From contig JBLDXI010000020.1 of the NCBI GenBank assembly GCA_047495785.1, forward strand, positions 2,418,001 through 2,482,000: DNA of 64,000 nucleotides. The letters are read 5' to 3'. The stretch's first letter is position 1. Each line of letters begins with the position of its first letter. This stretch comes from Lepidodermella squamata. Lineage: Eukaryota; Animalia; Gastrotricha. Below are positions 25,754 to 38,730 of this stretch, one piece after another. The notes beneath the pieces were generated by a model that made no database searches, was not told the origin of the DNA, and was given only the letters and a program-made list of their open reading frames with translations. A program made the translations under genes and the position numbers.

Positions 25754-27394
25754 TCACCATTTTGTCCAAGCCTCGGCGCCTAGAGCTTGAATGGCCTTGA
25801 TGCGCGGGCGAGCGATCTTCAGCCAAATCATGCCAATGAAAAGACACAGAACACACTCGACGTAGTAACCGTCGATCAACGGAGCCGGTTTGCCGTCGCT
25901 CGTATCAGCGAGCGGATTTTTGAAAGTCAGATCTTGAACGAACCAAAGCGCAACGGTGACTGGCCAATTTCCGCCCAGGTTCGTAAAAGTGTTCAGCAAA
26001 GTCATGTAAGTGCCACCAAGACGAGGATCACTTACTTGGGCGTGATATGCCATCATGTTCACGAAAACACCATTAGCGAAAACTTGGTGAATCATGTGGC
26101 ACGCTATTAGCACGGCGTAATAATAATAAGGAAATTCTCCGCCGAACGAATGAGTCCAATAGACTATGAACGGGTAAGCATTTGCAGTTAACATGCGGTA
26201 AAGCGTGCTATCCAAAGCTGCGAGCAAAGGCTTCGGACCTGACGAAATGTGAGAAATCGCCAGAGGAAGAATTAGTTGAATGGGTGTTAACGGGATTGCC
26301 ATCATCGCCATTCGATCGCGCGTCATACCAGCCTCAAGCATTTTTAATCCAGTAACACCTTCAGCAGCAGCATAACCGACTTTCCAGGTCAACAACAATA
26401 CTACGTAAGATCTCACAATAGGTAGGCAGCAAATATGATACAGCTGGCGATAAGTCTCAATTATAGATGTATTGCTTTGATGCTCGGGATGACTAACTTC
26501 GCGTTTGAACACGCAAACTGTAATTGTTCCGATAATAAAGCACACTCCCCAGAATTTAAGAAAGCCAGCAAGAGAGATAAAACCTCCTTCTTGAGGGATT
26601 TCGCGAACGTAAGTGTTGGCGAAATGAGAAGATTCGAGCGTGAGAAGGACGACATGTCCGATGAAATAACCCGCTGTTTGACCAACACTATTGCAGGTAG
26701 ATGCCCAACCAACGTGACGTTTAGGTAGCATGGTTAAAGCCCACCCATCGACGGCAATGTCTTGAGTGGCCGCTAGGAAATTTAGCAGCAGAAAAGTTGC
26801 TGTAATTGAAAAGATCTGTCGAGCGGCTAAATTATAATAGAACAATAAATACTAGTTGAAAAAATGCAATAGTTTATTACCCAAAAGATCGTTCACGCTT
26901 GTGGACAGGACTAACATCATCGCACCAATGAGTAACTGGCTTGCCAAGACCCAAGTCTTTCGTAAACCCAAGGCTGGTATGCATTTTGTATCAACAATAG
27001 GAGCCCACAGAAGCTTCAAACTAAATGGCCAGAAAGCAAAGCTAAAAACAGCTTGTTCGTGATAAGAGATGCCAGCATTTTGAAGTAACGTCGGAATAGC
27101 GCCTGTGCAAGTACATTAATGAGAAATATAAGCTAAATGTCAGGGCGATTGTTGAGAATATACTTGAAATGCCCAAGGGAATCCCTTGCAACACGTATAA
27201 GAACATTAAAACGCCAACATTTCGCCAAAAGACTCCATTTTTTTTATCCTCAGCGTCATCCTTCCCGTCGTCCCCTTCTGTAAATTGATTGAGATTGATA
27301 TAGATGATGATGTTGGGCGATACTTACCATCTGACAGCTTGGATTTACTGTCAGCTGCTTCCAGTTCGAAATTCGACAGAACTTTACGCTTCAT
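25754..27394 (-). CDS. SLC33A1: Acetyl-CoA transporter 1 (AT-1), 3 exons
   Basis: LMFLYVLQGIPLG, QAVFS.AFWPFSLKLLWAPIVD, RKTWVL..QL.IG, FLAATQDIAVDGWALTML...VGWASTCNSVGQTAG, VSDP.LGGTYMTLLNT..NLGGNWP. Confidence 0.95.
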
Positions 27395-28584
27395 ATAAAG
27401 ATAAATTATCAATAACTAAAACGCAACTGCAGTCTAGCCAATAAATTATTCTGCAATTGAGAGGAATTGTGTACGAGAGTTCTTATCCTGGCTTAGACAT
27501 ACTAACCACCTGTTGCTCGGAGCGCGAATAAAATGAATCAGATGCATATTGTGGCAAAAATTCTTCTTGCTGACCGCTTTGCCGGTGTCCAAACCGATCA
27601 TTATTGGCCGACATAATGACAACGAATACAGTTAAACTTAAAAATACACTGAATATCAACGAAGAAATGACTATTTACTCTACTCAAGAAATCCCGGCAT
27701 ACTACCACCATAGGGAATGCAAAGCTTTGAAGCCATAGGACTGTATGCGTTTAGCTTATGAGAAATGTATGCCATTACACATCCAAGTTTGTGTAACCGA
27801 GAATAATAGGCAATCACAAAGCGGTTGAGAAAAACAACGCACAACTGGCAATTGAGTCATGCGACACGCCGATAGCTTCTTTTAGGCCCGATCAGTGCGA
27901 GATGGGAAACGGAAAATGGGAAGGCAAAACTGATTCCAAGCGATGAGAGATGTGATACGCGGTAAGAGTCATCGAAACTTCAAGCTTGCCAGAGACAGAA
28001 ACTGAGTTTTAGGCAGACGAAGCATTTTCGCGGCAATGAAAGATTACGATTACCGACTTGGCCTTGAAATATGAATATATAAATTTTATTCGAATGGGAT
28101 TATTGTAGTGTTTAAATATTACATTGACTATATTTTTTGCCAAAATGAGGCTTTTCTTTCAGTTGGCTGATCAGCTGGTTCACAAAGCCCAGGATGCTAA
28201 TACGTGAGATGGAGATCGTTGACGTCTGCCAAAATCCGAACTTCAGGGCCAAATGGGAAGCTGTGTGATAACATATTGGTGACCCCTCTTCTTAATTTTA
28301 TTTTTATACTTGAACCCTATTATCTATTCATTGCTTGTGCATGTTTTGATCCCTTAAAGAGCTCCGCGGCAGCTTACCCTTACGCCTTAACTTTAACCTT
28401 ATTTCAACAGTCCTTGGAAAACATAGTTGAATAGAGATGCAGGAGCTTATAGCTCGTTCTGCGTGCCAATACCCAAGATTCTATAGAGAAAGCCTCTTTT
28501 AATAATTTTCCTTGTTATAGAGGGCCTATATCAATGTTAGTTTAAGCGAATAACTTTTTCTTTATCCATCTGATCTGTGATACT

Positions 28585-29687
28585 ATGGATTGGCTTATTG
28601 GGTGAGTTCACGAGTGGCTTTGACCACGTTATGTTACTTCAATATTGTTCACAGAAAGCGACGGGGCCGCGCTGAGAAAGATACAACCGATTCTAAAGAA
28701 ACGACCGATGCCTCCAACGCACAAAATGGCGCTGCGCAAACGCAAGCACAGACCACCTCGCAACAAGATCCTGGTGGCGGCACTAATTCCAACGATTTGC
28801 TTGGCGACGAAGTCTTTCCATATCTAGTAAAGCTGCCCAGCGGACTCGATGAAAGGGAATGGTTAGCCACTAACAGTAAGTAATGGTCAACTAGCTCAAG
28901 TTATGTTCACTATCTATAATCTTGCTCCTAGCTATTCCATTTTTCAACAACACTAACGTATTGCATTCGGCGCTGTCTGAATTCTGCACATCATCGTCTT
29001 GTCCAAATATGTGCATTTCTCCCAATTGGCCTCTGTGTTGGATCGACGACAAGGGCAAAAAGAAGAAATGTTCCGCCTCGAAATATGGAGACCTTGCGTT
29101 GTCTTTCATTCAAAAGCAAATAAACGACGAAACCATTTTCCCCACAAAAAGAGGCATTCCATTCCCCGCTCATTTCGAAAGTGTGCTTCGAAGGATTTAT
29201 CGTTTCCTATTTCAAATCCTCGCACATGCTTATTCCGTACACCTTCGTCAGCTTTCTGCAGCACATCTGGGGCCACAAACTACATGCGTTTTTAAGCATT
29301 TAGTCGTAAGGGCTTAATCTAGAAGTTTTGCCGTGTTTCAGATTGTTTTTTTTTGTTCTGCAGATGTTTTCGTTGGAGTATCGGCTGCTGGAAGTCAAAG
29401 AAATGGAACCTGTCGCTGATTTGGTGCGGCGGCTTTCTCAACTGAGCGGTTGTAACGTTTCGCCATCTCAAACGAGCCTCGTGAACAGTGCCAGCACCAC
29501 CAGCAGTGTTTTGAATATTAATACTAACAGCTCAGAAGCAAGCCGAGACAGCAGTTCATCGATGACTCTTTCATCAACCATATCATCATCTTCGGGAAAC
29601 CCCGCCTCTCTCATGTCGAATTCCAGCAATGCCGCATCATCTCCAGCGGCCTCTTTAACCCACCTACAATTACAACCCGTTGCGTAA
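28585..29687 (+). CDS. MOB2: MOB kinase activator 2, 4 coding exons, Ser-rich tail
   Basis: First micro-exon MDWLIG| (cf. MOB2 MDWLMG). Core LVKLPSGLDEREWLATN...LSEFCT..SCP.M...W.DDKGKK.KC.A..Y...DETIFPTK.G..FP. Confidence 0.9.
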
Positions 29688-30520
29688 AACACATCCTTTC
29701 CGATCTTTCAGTTTCGTCTCTTTTGATTTAGCGGATAGACCACGGTGTACTTACCATTTATCGAAGAAACTCGAGAAAGAACGCTTTTCGTGTAGCGATT
29801 CGCAAAACTTCATTGTGTCCAGTAACCTTGTCAAATTTCTTCTTCCGGCTATGATATCCGAAAGAAGCAGCAAATTCCCTGCTGAGAAGCGCACAATCTT
29901 AAATGACTCTAAACTATCGCCATGATTGCTTGATATTTGTGGTTAATCCTTGCAATTTTCCCATGCTAAGTTTGTTATACTTGAATATGTTTTATGATCA
30001 TCATAATTATTAAAAATAATATTTAAAAAGTTGCAGTAATTTTGTGCTGTGGTGATTGATCTAACTTTTTACGGCATCCAGACAGCATGCCGTTTTCATC
30101 ACATTGGTGTGAAACATGTCTCAATTTCTATATATGAATATATTATACTAGAGCTGATTCCATCTTAGCAATTGTCTGTTGCGTCTGATTTTAACGTAGA
30201 GCGGGCCAGCAAAAAATTTAATCGAGACTCTACGGTATTCTCGTGTTGTTCGACTGAAAATGCGACGAACCAGAAAATTACGCCCAGTATATATGAAAAC
30301 CGCGCGTTTGTATCAGATGATTGATTTGAGAAAAATGATATATTATTATTCATGTGTAGCTCTTCGTTACACGTTTCAGTTAGCATCATCGGCTTTTTGA
30401 CGTTTATGTAATGACGATTTAATATCAATTATAGACGTGGAGGCACTAAATTTGTGCATTGGAAATAATAAAGCCGTTATGGTTTAATTCTCGTTTTTTA
30501 TTTAGATTTATTTATAAAAA

Positions 30521-32660
30521 ATGTTGAAAAGGAAGAGAGGCTTTAATGCTGATAAACAGGAGCAGACACAATCGGCGGGGCATGTTTTACCATTTGACGA
30601 TGCTTTAACACTTCTGGAGGATGAATTGAATGGTGCTGAAAAAGTCCGATTTTCTGGCAAATTGGCGATTTTACCCGGGGATTTACAGCTGCCTGAAACA
30701 ACGGTTGGTCAATTGTTGGACACGAAACTATTCGCGTATTTGCCGGCGGTAGAGGGCGTGTTGTTGGCTTACCGGGATTTGAAGGTCACATGCCGTTTGG
30801 CGCCGACTTACAACGAACATCCGTTCGCTCACGTGGCTTATTCCGCCAACGCGGTCGTTTTCAAGCCACGCATTGGCCAGCGGTTGCGAGGTACGTCCTA
30901 TTACTGTACTATTTATGCGTAGGCGTGTCTGACCGACGGCTTTGTTCTGCGGTTGCAGTCGACCACGCCACTAGACGAGCATGCTTTTTAAACGTCCGTC
31001 GCTTGCACGTTTTTATTCATGGCCCGGCTATTTCTGTGCGTGGTCACCTCGGTTGGATACTAACTCTATACGGCAGTATTTTCGGCAGCAGCTGATTACG
31101 AACGCGTATGGTAGTTAGTGTTCCGTGCAACCGGCTGCGTTTATGGCCGTGATGTCGCATTTTATTAGCTTAGCCTGATATTTTGCCACGAGCGCGCTCG
31201 CTCGTAAAGCCAAGACACATCCGTTGTTGGGATGCTAAGCAACACGTCTTTGTTGTTAGATAGACAAGAACAACGTTGTTGCAAGTGCGGGCGCCACGCC
31301 GTGTTTACGTGTTGCCATTACACCGATAGGAATTTATTATTTCTCAAAATATTAACCTCTAAAACGGCAATTATACTTACTCTACGTTTCATCTCTAGGT
31401 GTCGTGAGCCAGGTGTCGTCTATCAAGAAAACTGTTACTTGCGTGCTATGCGGCGTTCTTAATGTCTCGATACCGCTGGACGAGACGAAAAATCACCAAA
31501 CACTACCGTTTCGCTCCGGCGACAATATCATCTTCGAACTAACTGGTTTTACCATCACGCCTACTGGGGCTGTTTCATTTGTTGGTCAGAAATGCCACGC
31601 GACAGACGTGCGAAACATGAATATAAAACCTACCGTCACACCGGTGCCGAAATTGAATACACTTGCAGTGAAAACGCCCGTGGTTAAAACAAGCTTAACT
31701 CCTCAGAAAACACCAACGTAAATTGATTTTATTGGTTTTTATTTAATTGAAAGATGGGGAAATAAGCTCGATTCAAGGCCAAATCGAAGGAAAAATCGAA
31801 AAAATATTCCTTTCATGACTCGTCAATTTCCGCTCTTTGGTGAAGGTGAAAATTTGACCCATTTTATCTGTGATTAAATTAATAAAATTAGTAAAAAATT
31901 AATGACATAGTAACCAGATGAATAAATTCACGGTCACCACTCGGGGTCAATTGTTGTCAACCGCTTGTTATATCCCTATTCGCTGAATAGGTAGATATTC
32001 ACGCCATTAATCTGCTTGTATTTCTTTTGTGAAATTAGCCAAGCTCACGGTTTTTCTTAGAGCTGAGGGCGGGGAGACGGCGTGGTGGCGTGACCTATGA
32101 ATTGTAGTGTAATTGAGCGTTCCTTTAAGTGCAATTTACGTTTTTAATACCATTGACTACATGTACGTTTCATTTTATTATTGACCTAACAGATGGTTGA
32201 AATCTGCTGAAAAAGCAGTACCACAACGCAAAGTTTTCGACTCGTCTTCCTCTTCATCAGAGTCCGACGATGATTCGGATGCCGACTCAGATCGACCGGT
32301 CAAGTCGAAATTGTTGACTGCAGCTAATGGCCGCAGCTCGAGTAGCGGCAGTGGCGAGAAGTGGAAGACCAAAAAGCAGTCAGATAGCAGTGAAGAAAAC
32401 GGCCCTGGTACACCCGCCCTCAGGTATGAATCGATTTTCTTATTGTTTTACCACCAACGTGCGACAATATTATTGTATTGAGAAAACAAATCGTTATTTC
32501 TGTTGTATTAATGAATGTGTATTTTTCTAGAAAAGTGCCGTCGAACGATGAGTGCAACGAGGCTAAGCTCGAACCGATGACGCCCAGCCGGCATGGCTCG
32601 TTTTTCGACAAACAACAGCAACCTAAATCGACCAAGAAAAGGAAGTACTTGGCGGATTGA
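30521..32660 (+). CDS. POLR1F: RNA polymerase I subunit RPA43-like (exons ~30521-30891, 31399-31717, 32192-32423, 32531-32660)
   Basis: LDTKLFAY.PAVEGVLLAY..LKV...P.AHV...ANAVVFKPRIGQRLRG|VVSQVS....VTCVLCGVLNVSIP is the RPA43 RNP/OB pattern, followed by a low-complexity S/D/K-rich tail. Confidence 0.8.
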
Positions 32661-33613
32661 TTCAGCTTCCAGCCGTCATTCCACGACTATGCAACTGCTA
32701 GCCAGCAATAATCTTACGTTATATGTGCTCAGAGATATTCGAAAATTCCTATTCGTGTATACACTTTCAAACAAACGTTCCTAGTGCTGCTGATGATGTT
32801 GATCAAAATGTTATTCTACGAAAGATTGAGAGCGAGAGTTTGGGCGGTGTTCATTTGTTGTTTTCGATATATATAAAAGTATACCTATATGTATATTAAA
32901 ACTGCGCTTTTATTTGTATACAACGTTACCGAGTGTGTGTTTATTGCTGCTGCTGCTGTAGGACGGCCGTCTGCTTGAATTATGGCCGATAAAGCGGGCT
33001 CGCGAAATGACTGCGGTAGTGCGGAAAATGAGTGTACCTAATGACGTGGCTATTATTCGAAACGTTTCAACGCACCAGTTACCGCTAAGTGCGTTTGAGG
33101 GTTAAAACAACTGATACACATCGGCAGGTATATCTAGTGATCGCAACCACGATTATGAGGGGTCAGCAGCTGAGGTGATTGCCACCCCGTTCAGTCCGGG
33201 TAGCCGCGCTATTGTTCGAGAATAGGCCTCCCTCCAATGGTGCATTTGGTTTTTTGTTGCTCCATAGGCTGTTGAAAATAGCAAATCAGGCAGTTTCATT
33301 CGCCGGTAAGTTCCAATTAATTGAGTGAGTTCAATTGAAAGAAAGAATGACGTCAGACACCACCACTGAGATCAACAGCCAACCCCAAATAACATGTGAC
33401 ATCTTTAATCCGACCAAGTTAGCTAATTCACTCAATGCAAACTGCAAAATGCGAAATCGAAAATGTGCCTATAAATTTGAGAATTTTCCGTATTTTTAGC
33501 GGTTGAGAGCCGCGAATCGAATAGGTACAACTGAGGCAATTTTCATGTTTCTCGGATCTCGTCCTATCGATTGAGCAAAGATGATTGATGATTGGCAAAT
33601 TTAGAATTTAGGT

Positions 33614-34026
33614 ATACCGACAACTGGGGTGACTTTACACAGTGGGGTCATTTTGGCATACCAATAATCGAAATGGTGAGGTGAAGACCCCGTGAGTAGG
33701 GTACCGTTGGATAACCCAAGAAAAGGCCAGTGTACAATGCCCACATCAATACAACCCGTTTCGGGAAATTACAGGTAACGTTATGGGAATTTTTTTTATT
33801 TCATTAAAACTGTGGGGTCTGCTTAAAACCGCCTACTTAAAATAGAAACCATATGCAATGTTCAGATTGCCCTTCCTCCAGGCTATCCAACGGTATCCCA
33901 CTCACGCGTTCTTTACCTTACCATCTTCAATTTTTGGTATGCCAAAGTCACCCCCATTTTGCATCCCATTTTGCATCGTACCACATCTTGCATCCCACCG
34001 CCTAAAGTGACTCCAGTTGAAGGTAT
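33614..34026. mobile_element. MITE-like non-autonomous DNA transposon relic with long imperfect inverted repeats
   Basis: 33644-33728 (ggggtcattttggcataccaataatcgaaatggtgaggtgaagaccccgtgagtagggtaccgttggataacc) aligns to the reverse complement of ~33869-33954. An outer pair atacc..caactgg.gt.acttta lies at 33614-33637 and 34003-34026. No transposase ORF. Confidence 0.7.
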
Positions 34027-34263
34027 CACTTTGAGTCGGATATATTTTGAGTCGCTGTTTCGCTTTCGGATGAAGAAGAGTTTTCTCGTCCATTTATGAT
34101 CAAGGGGAATAGTTGGCGGCGGGAATGTAATAACGCAGAATATTGCAATATAATAGGCAAGAGTTTATTCAATGTTCCCAATAAATGGTTAATGGTTAAT
34201 AATTATTGGCGCCAATTATCCGTTGTAGTCGAATCAATCAATCCACACGCCTCCTAAGGTTTG

Positions 34264-35044
34264 TCAGCCTCTAACAGAAGGTTTGAACGGCGCAAAGCTG
34301 GTAGCTGATTTTTTCTTATCGGCAACTTGGACGCGCTTCAAGAAATTGAATTCAGAGCGAGCGCCATGGCGACTTCGGATGCGCACTCTAGACTTCCCCA
34401 ATGCTTTCAGCAGTCTGACGCTTAATAAATTTGAAGCGTCACCTGGAGCAGCAGCTTGATCTCCGATTGATAACTCATTCCTTAAAACAACGAAATTTGA
34501 CGGTTGGGTAGAATATGGGAAAAGGTCAAAATTGTACCTCTTATTAAACTCAGTGGTATTGTTGATTTGACTGCTGTCTCCAGCATTAGAATTAAGCGAT
34601 TCCGAACCAACTTGTGATGGGTCCGTACTGGCCCTGCGTGTATTGATCAGCCGCCTTTCTCATTAGAAAATGCTATGCTATGAGTAGTAAACGTTAAACT
34701 TGACAATCTCACCTTACAACTTCGGCTATTTTTGGGTTCTTGGAAATGACTACAGCAGGAACTTTCGGCTTGTTATGGGTTGTCTTCATTGTCGTCAGAC
34801 TATCAACAATTTCCGCTCGTTCAGCTTGGCTCAATTCGTTGTTGTGAGAAACATATAGCAAAAAAGGTGAGGGCCGCCGGTTACGCGATGAGCAGAGGTG
34901 TTTTTCGAGGTAAGATCCTCGAGTTTGGAGAGCGACTCGCTTCGTTGAGTCTCTTCCCGCTTCTACTGCATCGATATCACAACCGGTAGTGAAATGATGC
35001 ACTACAACCGTTGGACTGGTTTCAAATTGACTCTTGGCTGACAT
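34264..35044 (-). CDS. Uncharacterised basic protein of about 220 aa, 3 exons
   Basis: ATG 35044 ORF ends VVR|gtgag. Two further phase-2-compatible exons (RLINTRRASTDP...; NELSIGDQ...FKPSVRG*) are separated by ~55-75 nt introns. No recognisable domain. Confidence 0.55.
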
Positions 35045-35303
35045 TGTTTTGGTATCGTCCGGCAGTCAGTCGATTTGATGCTTTTAAAATGCAATAAATC
35101 TAAAAATGGAATGCTGTTGCTGTGTTAAATTATTTTAAGGTAGATGTTTCAAAAAGTGTTTGGACGAAAGATAATTTATCAGGTTCGTGTTCGTATACTT
35201 TTTACTATTTCGTGTTCAGTGTCGAATCTGAATCAGGATGGTGAATATCAGGTAGGACGTCAAAACAGCGAATAAACTCGAATTGACCTGGACAAATAAC
35301 GAA

Positions 35304-35618
35304 ATGACCGAACTAGTTGCCACCGGGCTTTTTCTACAGCAAATTTCAACTTCCGCGTGTGAAATCGCAGATAATGGATGGAAATTTCCTTCAACAAGTT
35401 ACTTAAAAAGTTATGAATTATTGTTTGCAAAACTCGAAAAAGATTGCGCATCTTTGTACGCTGTAGTACAGACCACAGAACTAGTATCAAATGCAAATAT
35501 TTTACGAACCTGTGATTTGTGGTTCAGCCTATATCTGGAGTCTGGCAAGCGTATTGCACATTTCTCCATGCCTGCCTTGACGTTACGTGCTGCCAACTCA
35601 AATACTTATTGGTCATAA
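35304..35618 (+). CDS. Possible small uncharacterised protein or terminal exon
   Basis: Open frame of about 110 codons with globular-like composition (MTELVATGLFLQQIS...SNTYWS*). No family recognised and the 5' end is unclear. Confidence 0.25.
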   Translation: MTELVATGLFLQQISTSACEIADNGWKFPSTSYLKSYELLFAKLEKDCASLYAVVQTTELVSNANILRTCDLWFSLYLESGKRIAHFSMPALTLRAANSNTYWS

Positions 35619-36555
35619 GACGCGGGCCTATTGATTATAGTGGGAAAAACTGAATACCCGAAACCGAAACATCCGGAAAAAAAATTGAGCGTTAGATTAA
35701 CTGAGCGACTAATTCAGTGTCGGAATCCATAGGCTCAATTTAAGAGCTGAATATTTCTATAATTCTTCTCTTCTGGATGAGTATTTTGGAGATCAAATTC
35801 CGGTTAAATTGAACACCAATAGAAACAAAATTCGACAATCCTGACCGGAACTCGTATCCGCGGGTCTAGAAACCCAAAACAATGCGGGCATAGGTACATG
35901 TTTGATACAAACGTTTAGCCAATTTGTTTTTTTTCAGCTGAGCTTCCAAGCTAGATAATGATGAATTCAATAACTTAGTCTGCCTCAAGGAAGTGAATTA
36001 AAAAGCTCATGATAAAATTTCCATGCTTTTATTCTTAGAACCTTTTCAAAATGTGTACAAACGTAACAATTCGTCAGAAAAAACTGCCGGTTAAAAGCAG
36101 TGCACAACCATTGATGATGCATTAGAGCTATAAATATTAAAAATTTGCGCAAAGTTTACAGCCATTATAGTTGGAATAAAATTTTGTAAGCCTTTCTCGC
36201 GATGTGACAGCTGGAAGCGAACAGGCCTGGATAATAATAGTCGATATAGTTCTCGTATAATCAATCCATGTCAAATAATGACAATTGCATTTATACAATA
36301 GGATAAGGTAGAAAATTTCATGTGAAACGACTAAATATGAGCGATAAAACACAACCAATTTCGATGGATTCAAGCTTCCAAAAATTGTAGCTCTGAAAGC
36401 CTCTTATCTCACAACCATAACAAGATGAACCAGAAATCTCTCATCAATCAGGGAAGACAATTGAATCAGCTTTGCAAGCCTCCTCAAGTCACGAAAAGCT
36501 AACAAGCACATTTTGGCAAAAATCAACATAGGTAATCGCTATTTAAAGCTCAAAG

Positions 36556-37077
36556 CTACAAAAACCGTAGCAAAGCGACAACAATTAATGAAAGAGAGAA
36601 TCCAAGTCCAACATTTGACCTATGAGCTGAATTGCAGAAGATATACTCATCGCAGAAACAGAATTGCTGTTTCGACTCAAGGACGAAGGAGAGCGGGTCG
36701 TATTTTTTATTCTTTGTAATATGACTCCTCGCAGGAAGGCAGTAACCATGACGACGCAGTCCAGGCATCTTCTCGCGGAAATACGTCTTCTTCATCATTG
36801 TCGTAAGGCATCCGCGGTAGACTTTTCGAGATCCTCCAGAATCATCGACAAATTTGACGCACTGCTCCTCGCACCATTCAGAACGTTCTCTTTGGACTTC
36901 CCAGTCCACTTCATCACCACAGCCTGGCTGGCCATAATAACATGAATAGCACCAGAGGCCACATTCCGCTGAAAAATTTGAAATAATTTGACAGGGAAAT
37001 TAATAGAGTGACTGCTCACCTTTCTGCACGAAGAACGTCAAGCATCCAATGCCAAGTATAAAAGCGGAGTACCTCAT
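36556..37077 (-). CDS. Ly6/uPAR three-finger (quiver/sleepless-like) GPI-anchored protein, 2 exons
   Basis: Signal peptide MRYSAFILGIGCLTFFVQK|AECG, then LWCYSC...GC...WC..QCVK...YRGC...YC...FCFCD...CNSA (10 Cys) and a hydrophobic GPI-signal tail. Confidence 0.85.
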
Positions 37078-37142
37078 GTTTCTTACAAGTGTCTAAAATC
37101 AAAGCAATAAAATTGTAGTTAAAAAGTTTCATGAAGCTAGAT

Positions 37143-37658
37143 TTAACGAGAAGTGAAAGAGAATAGCCCAAGATGTACATCGTTCATGTATTCTTCATCA
37201 ACAACTGTTTCTTGGCAGAAACTAGATCCTAATCTGAAAGCAATTTGGGCAGCGAGCCAGTGTTTACAAAGAGGCCTAGGACGCCGCTGCTTAACGGCCG
37301 TTCTGAATGCCGGACAAGTACAAAACGGAGCTGCACAATCGAACAGAACTTGATATCGCTGATGTTTATCGACGGAGCTATGAACTTCGAAGATACGTCT
37401 TCCGAGGGGATTGGAGGTTAGTAATTTTACTTTCCCTGATTCCACCATCTCAAGGACGGCCTCGCACATCGTAGGGTAAAGCGTCCAGAAGAGAGATACA
37501 GCACTTTCAAGATGCGAACTGCGATGCTCTACCGGGAGCAGGTTACCATGTTCAGCTCCGTCTTCATTGCCAAGAAATGCATTGCAAGTAGCTTTTTCGA
37601 ATGACGAAAGGAGCTGATGCTCAGCATGAGCAATCACTTGCCGATCACACAGTTGCAT
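37143..37658 (-). CDS. ZSWIM7: SWIM zinc finger protein 7 (SWS1, Shu complex), intronless
   Basis: AVLEMVESGKV....PLGRRIFEV.SS....Y....FCTCPAF..AV.....LCKHWLAAQIA..LG..C carries the CxC-x-CxH SWIM motif in ZSWIM7 context. Confidence 0.88.
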   Translation of the reverse strand: MQLCDRQVIAHAEHQLLSSFEKATCNAFLGNEDGAEHGNLLPVEHRSSHLESAVSLFWTLYPTMCEAVLEMVESGKVKLLTSNPLGRRIFEVHSSVDKHQRYQVLFDCAAPFCTCPAFRTAVKQRRPRPLCKHWLAAQIAFRLGSSFCQETVVDEEYMNDVHLGLFSFTSR

Positions 37659-38677
37659 GAATCAATAGAAACGAGAACGTCACTAACAACTAGAACAAGA
37701 AGAAAGGAAAATGTAAGGAGGATTCATTCCACGAAGTAAGAAGTAATGGGATCAGGAATAGCAATAATCGAGCGAAATACCCAGCGACCACTCGTTTACA
37801 CCAATATCAAACAGCAGGAGTGGTATAATCAATGAATAATGAGAACTCTAAAGACTGCAAGTAAAGTTTCAGGAGTGCGTGAGTCAGTAATAGGAATATC
37901 TGCATCTTATCTACCAGGCAGATAACAGCTAGCAGATAGATGCATCTCAAAAAGAGCTAGTTTTACAGATCCCAGATTCTAGAAGACATAGTATGGAACT
38001 TGAGGTCGCAGCTATGTTTAAAAAGCGTCTAGGATTGAATGATACATTACTGTGCCAAATTCGATGCGCTCACGCGTGACCATCGATGTCGGTTTCAGTT
38101 TTTCGTTAAAAGGTGAGGGTGTGCGTGCCTTCGTCGAACGCATGTAATTATTATTGATTAGTGACTAGATCTTCCATCTCTCATCTATCTCCGACGGTAA
38201 AAATTATCTGAAACGGCGACATACATGTTTGCGGAGCGCAGCGGAGCACTTATAAACGCCTTTTAGACGCCCTCTTATCACGATCAAAAAATTTCTAACA
38301 AAATAATCGCCACATCCCATTTAATATAGTAAATTTTAATTCATAATTTTATAAAAATCCATCAAAAAATCATAAATCGATGTTAAATACATTGGTTTCA
38401 TTTTTTGTTTTGCAGCAGAAATTTATCCTTCTCTCGCTTAGCTCGGGCCAAATCAACCGTGACGATTGTCGCCGAAATCACGTTTTTTCTCCAAGCCCAA
38501 GTTTCTGCTCAGGTTAGCATAGTAAAAGAACTTCATGAAACTTGAATGAATTCTGCTCTGAATGACAAGCAATCTTTTGGCATTCATTTTAGTCTAATCT
38601 GATAAGTTTCCTTGGTCCGTTATCACCAATGCTACATTACCTTGCACTTGGGATCTCCATTTCTTCATGTTTAGCGA

Positions 38678-38730
38678 GCAGCAGGGCGATGGCAAGCTCG
38701 GCTCCGCCTCGCTTGCCATCGGCCTGCTGC
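38678..38730. repeat. GC-rich inverted repeat (20-bp stem, one mismatch, 13-nt loop)
   Basis: gcagcagggcgatggcaagc-tcggctccgcctc-gcttgccatcggcctgctgc. Confidence 0.8.

Noticed and set aside
38162-38186. TGACTAGATCTTCC..., a miR-279-like seed
   Set aside because: No flanking arm pairs with the seed half, so there is no precursor hairpin.
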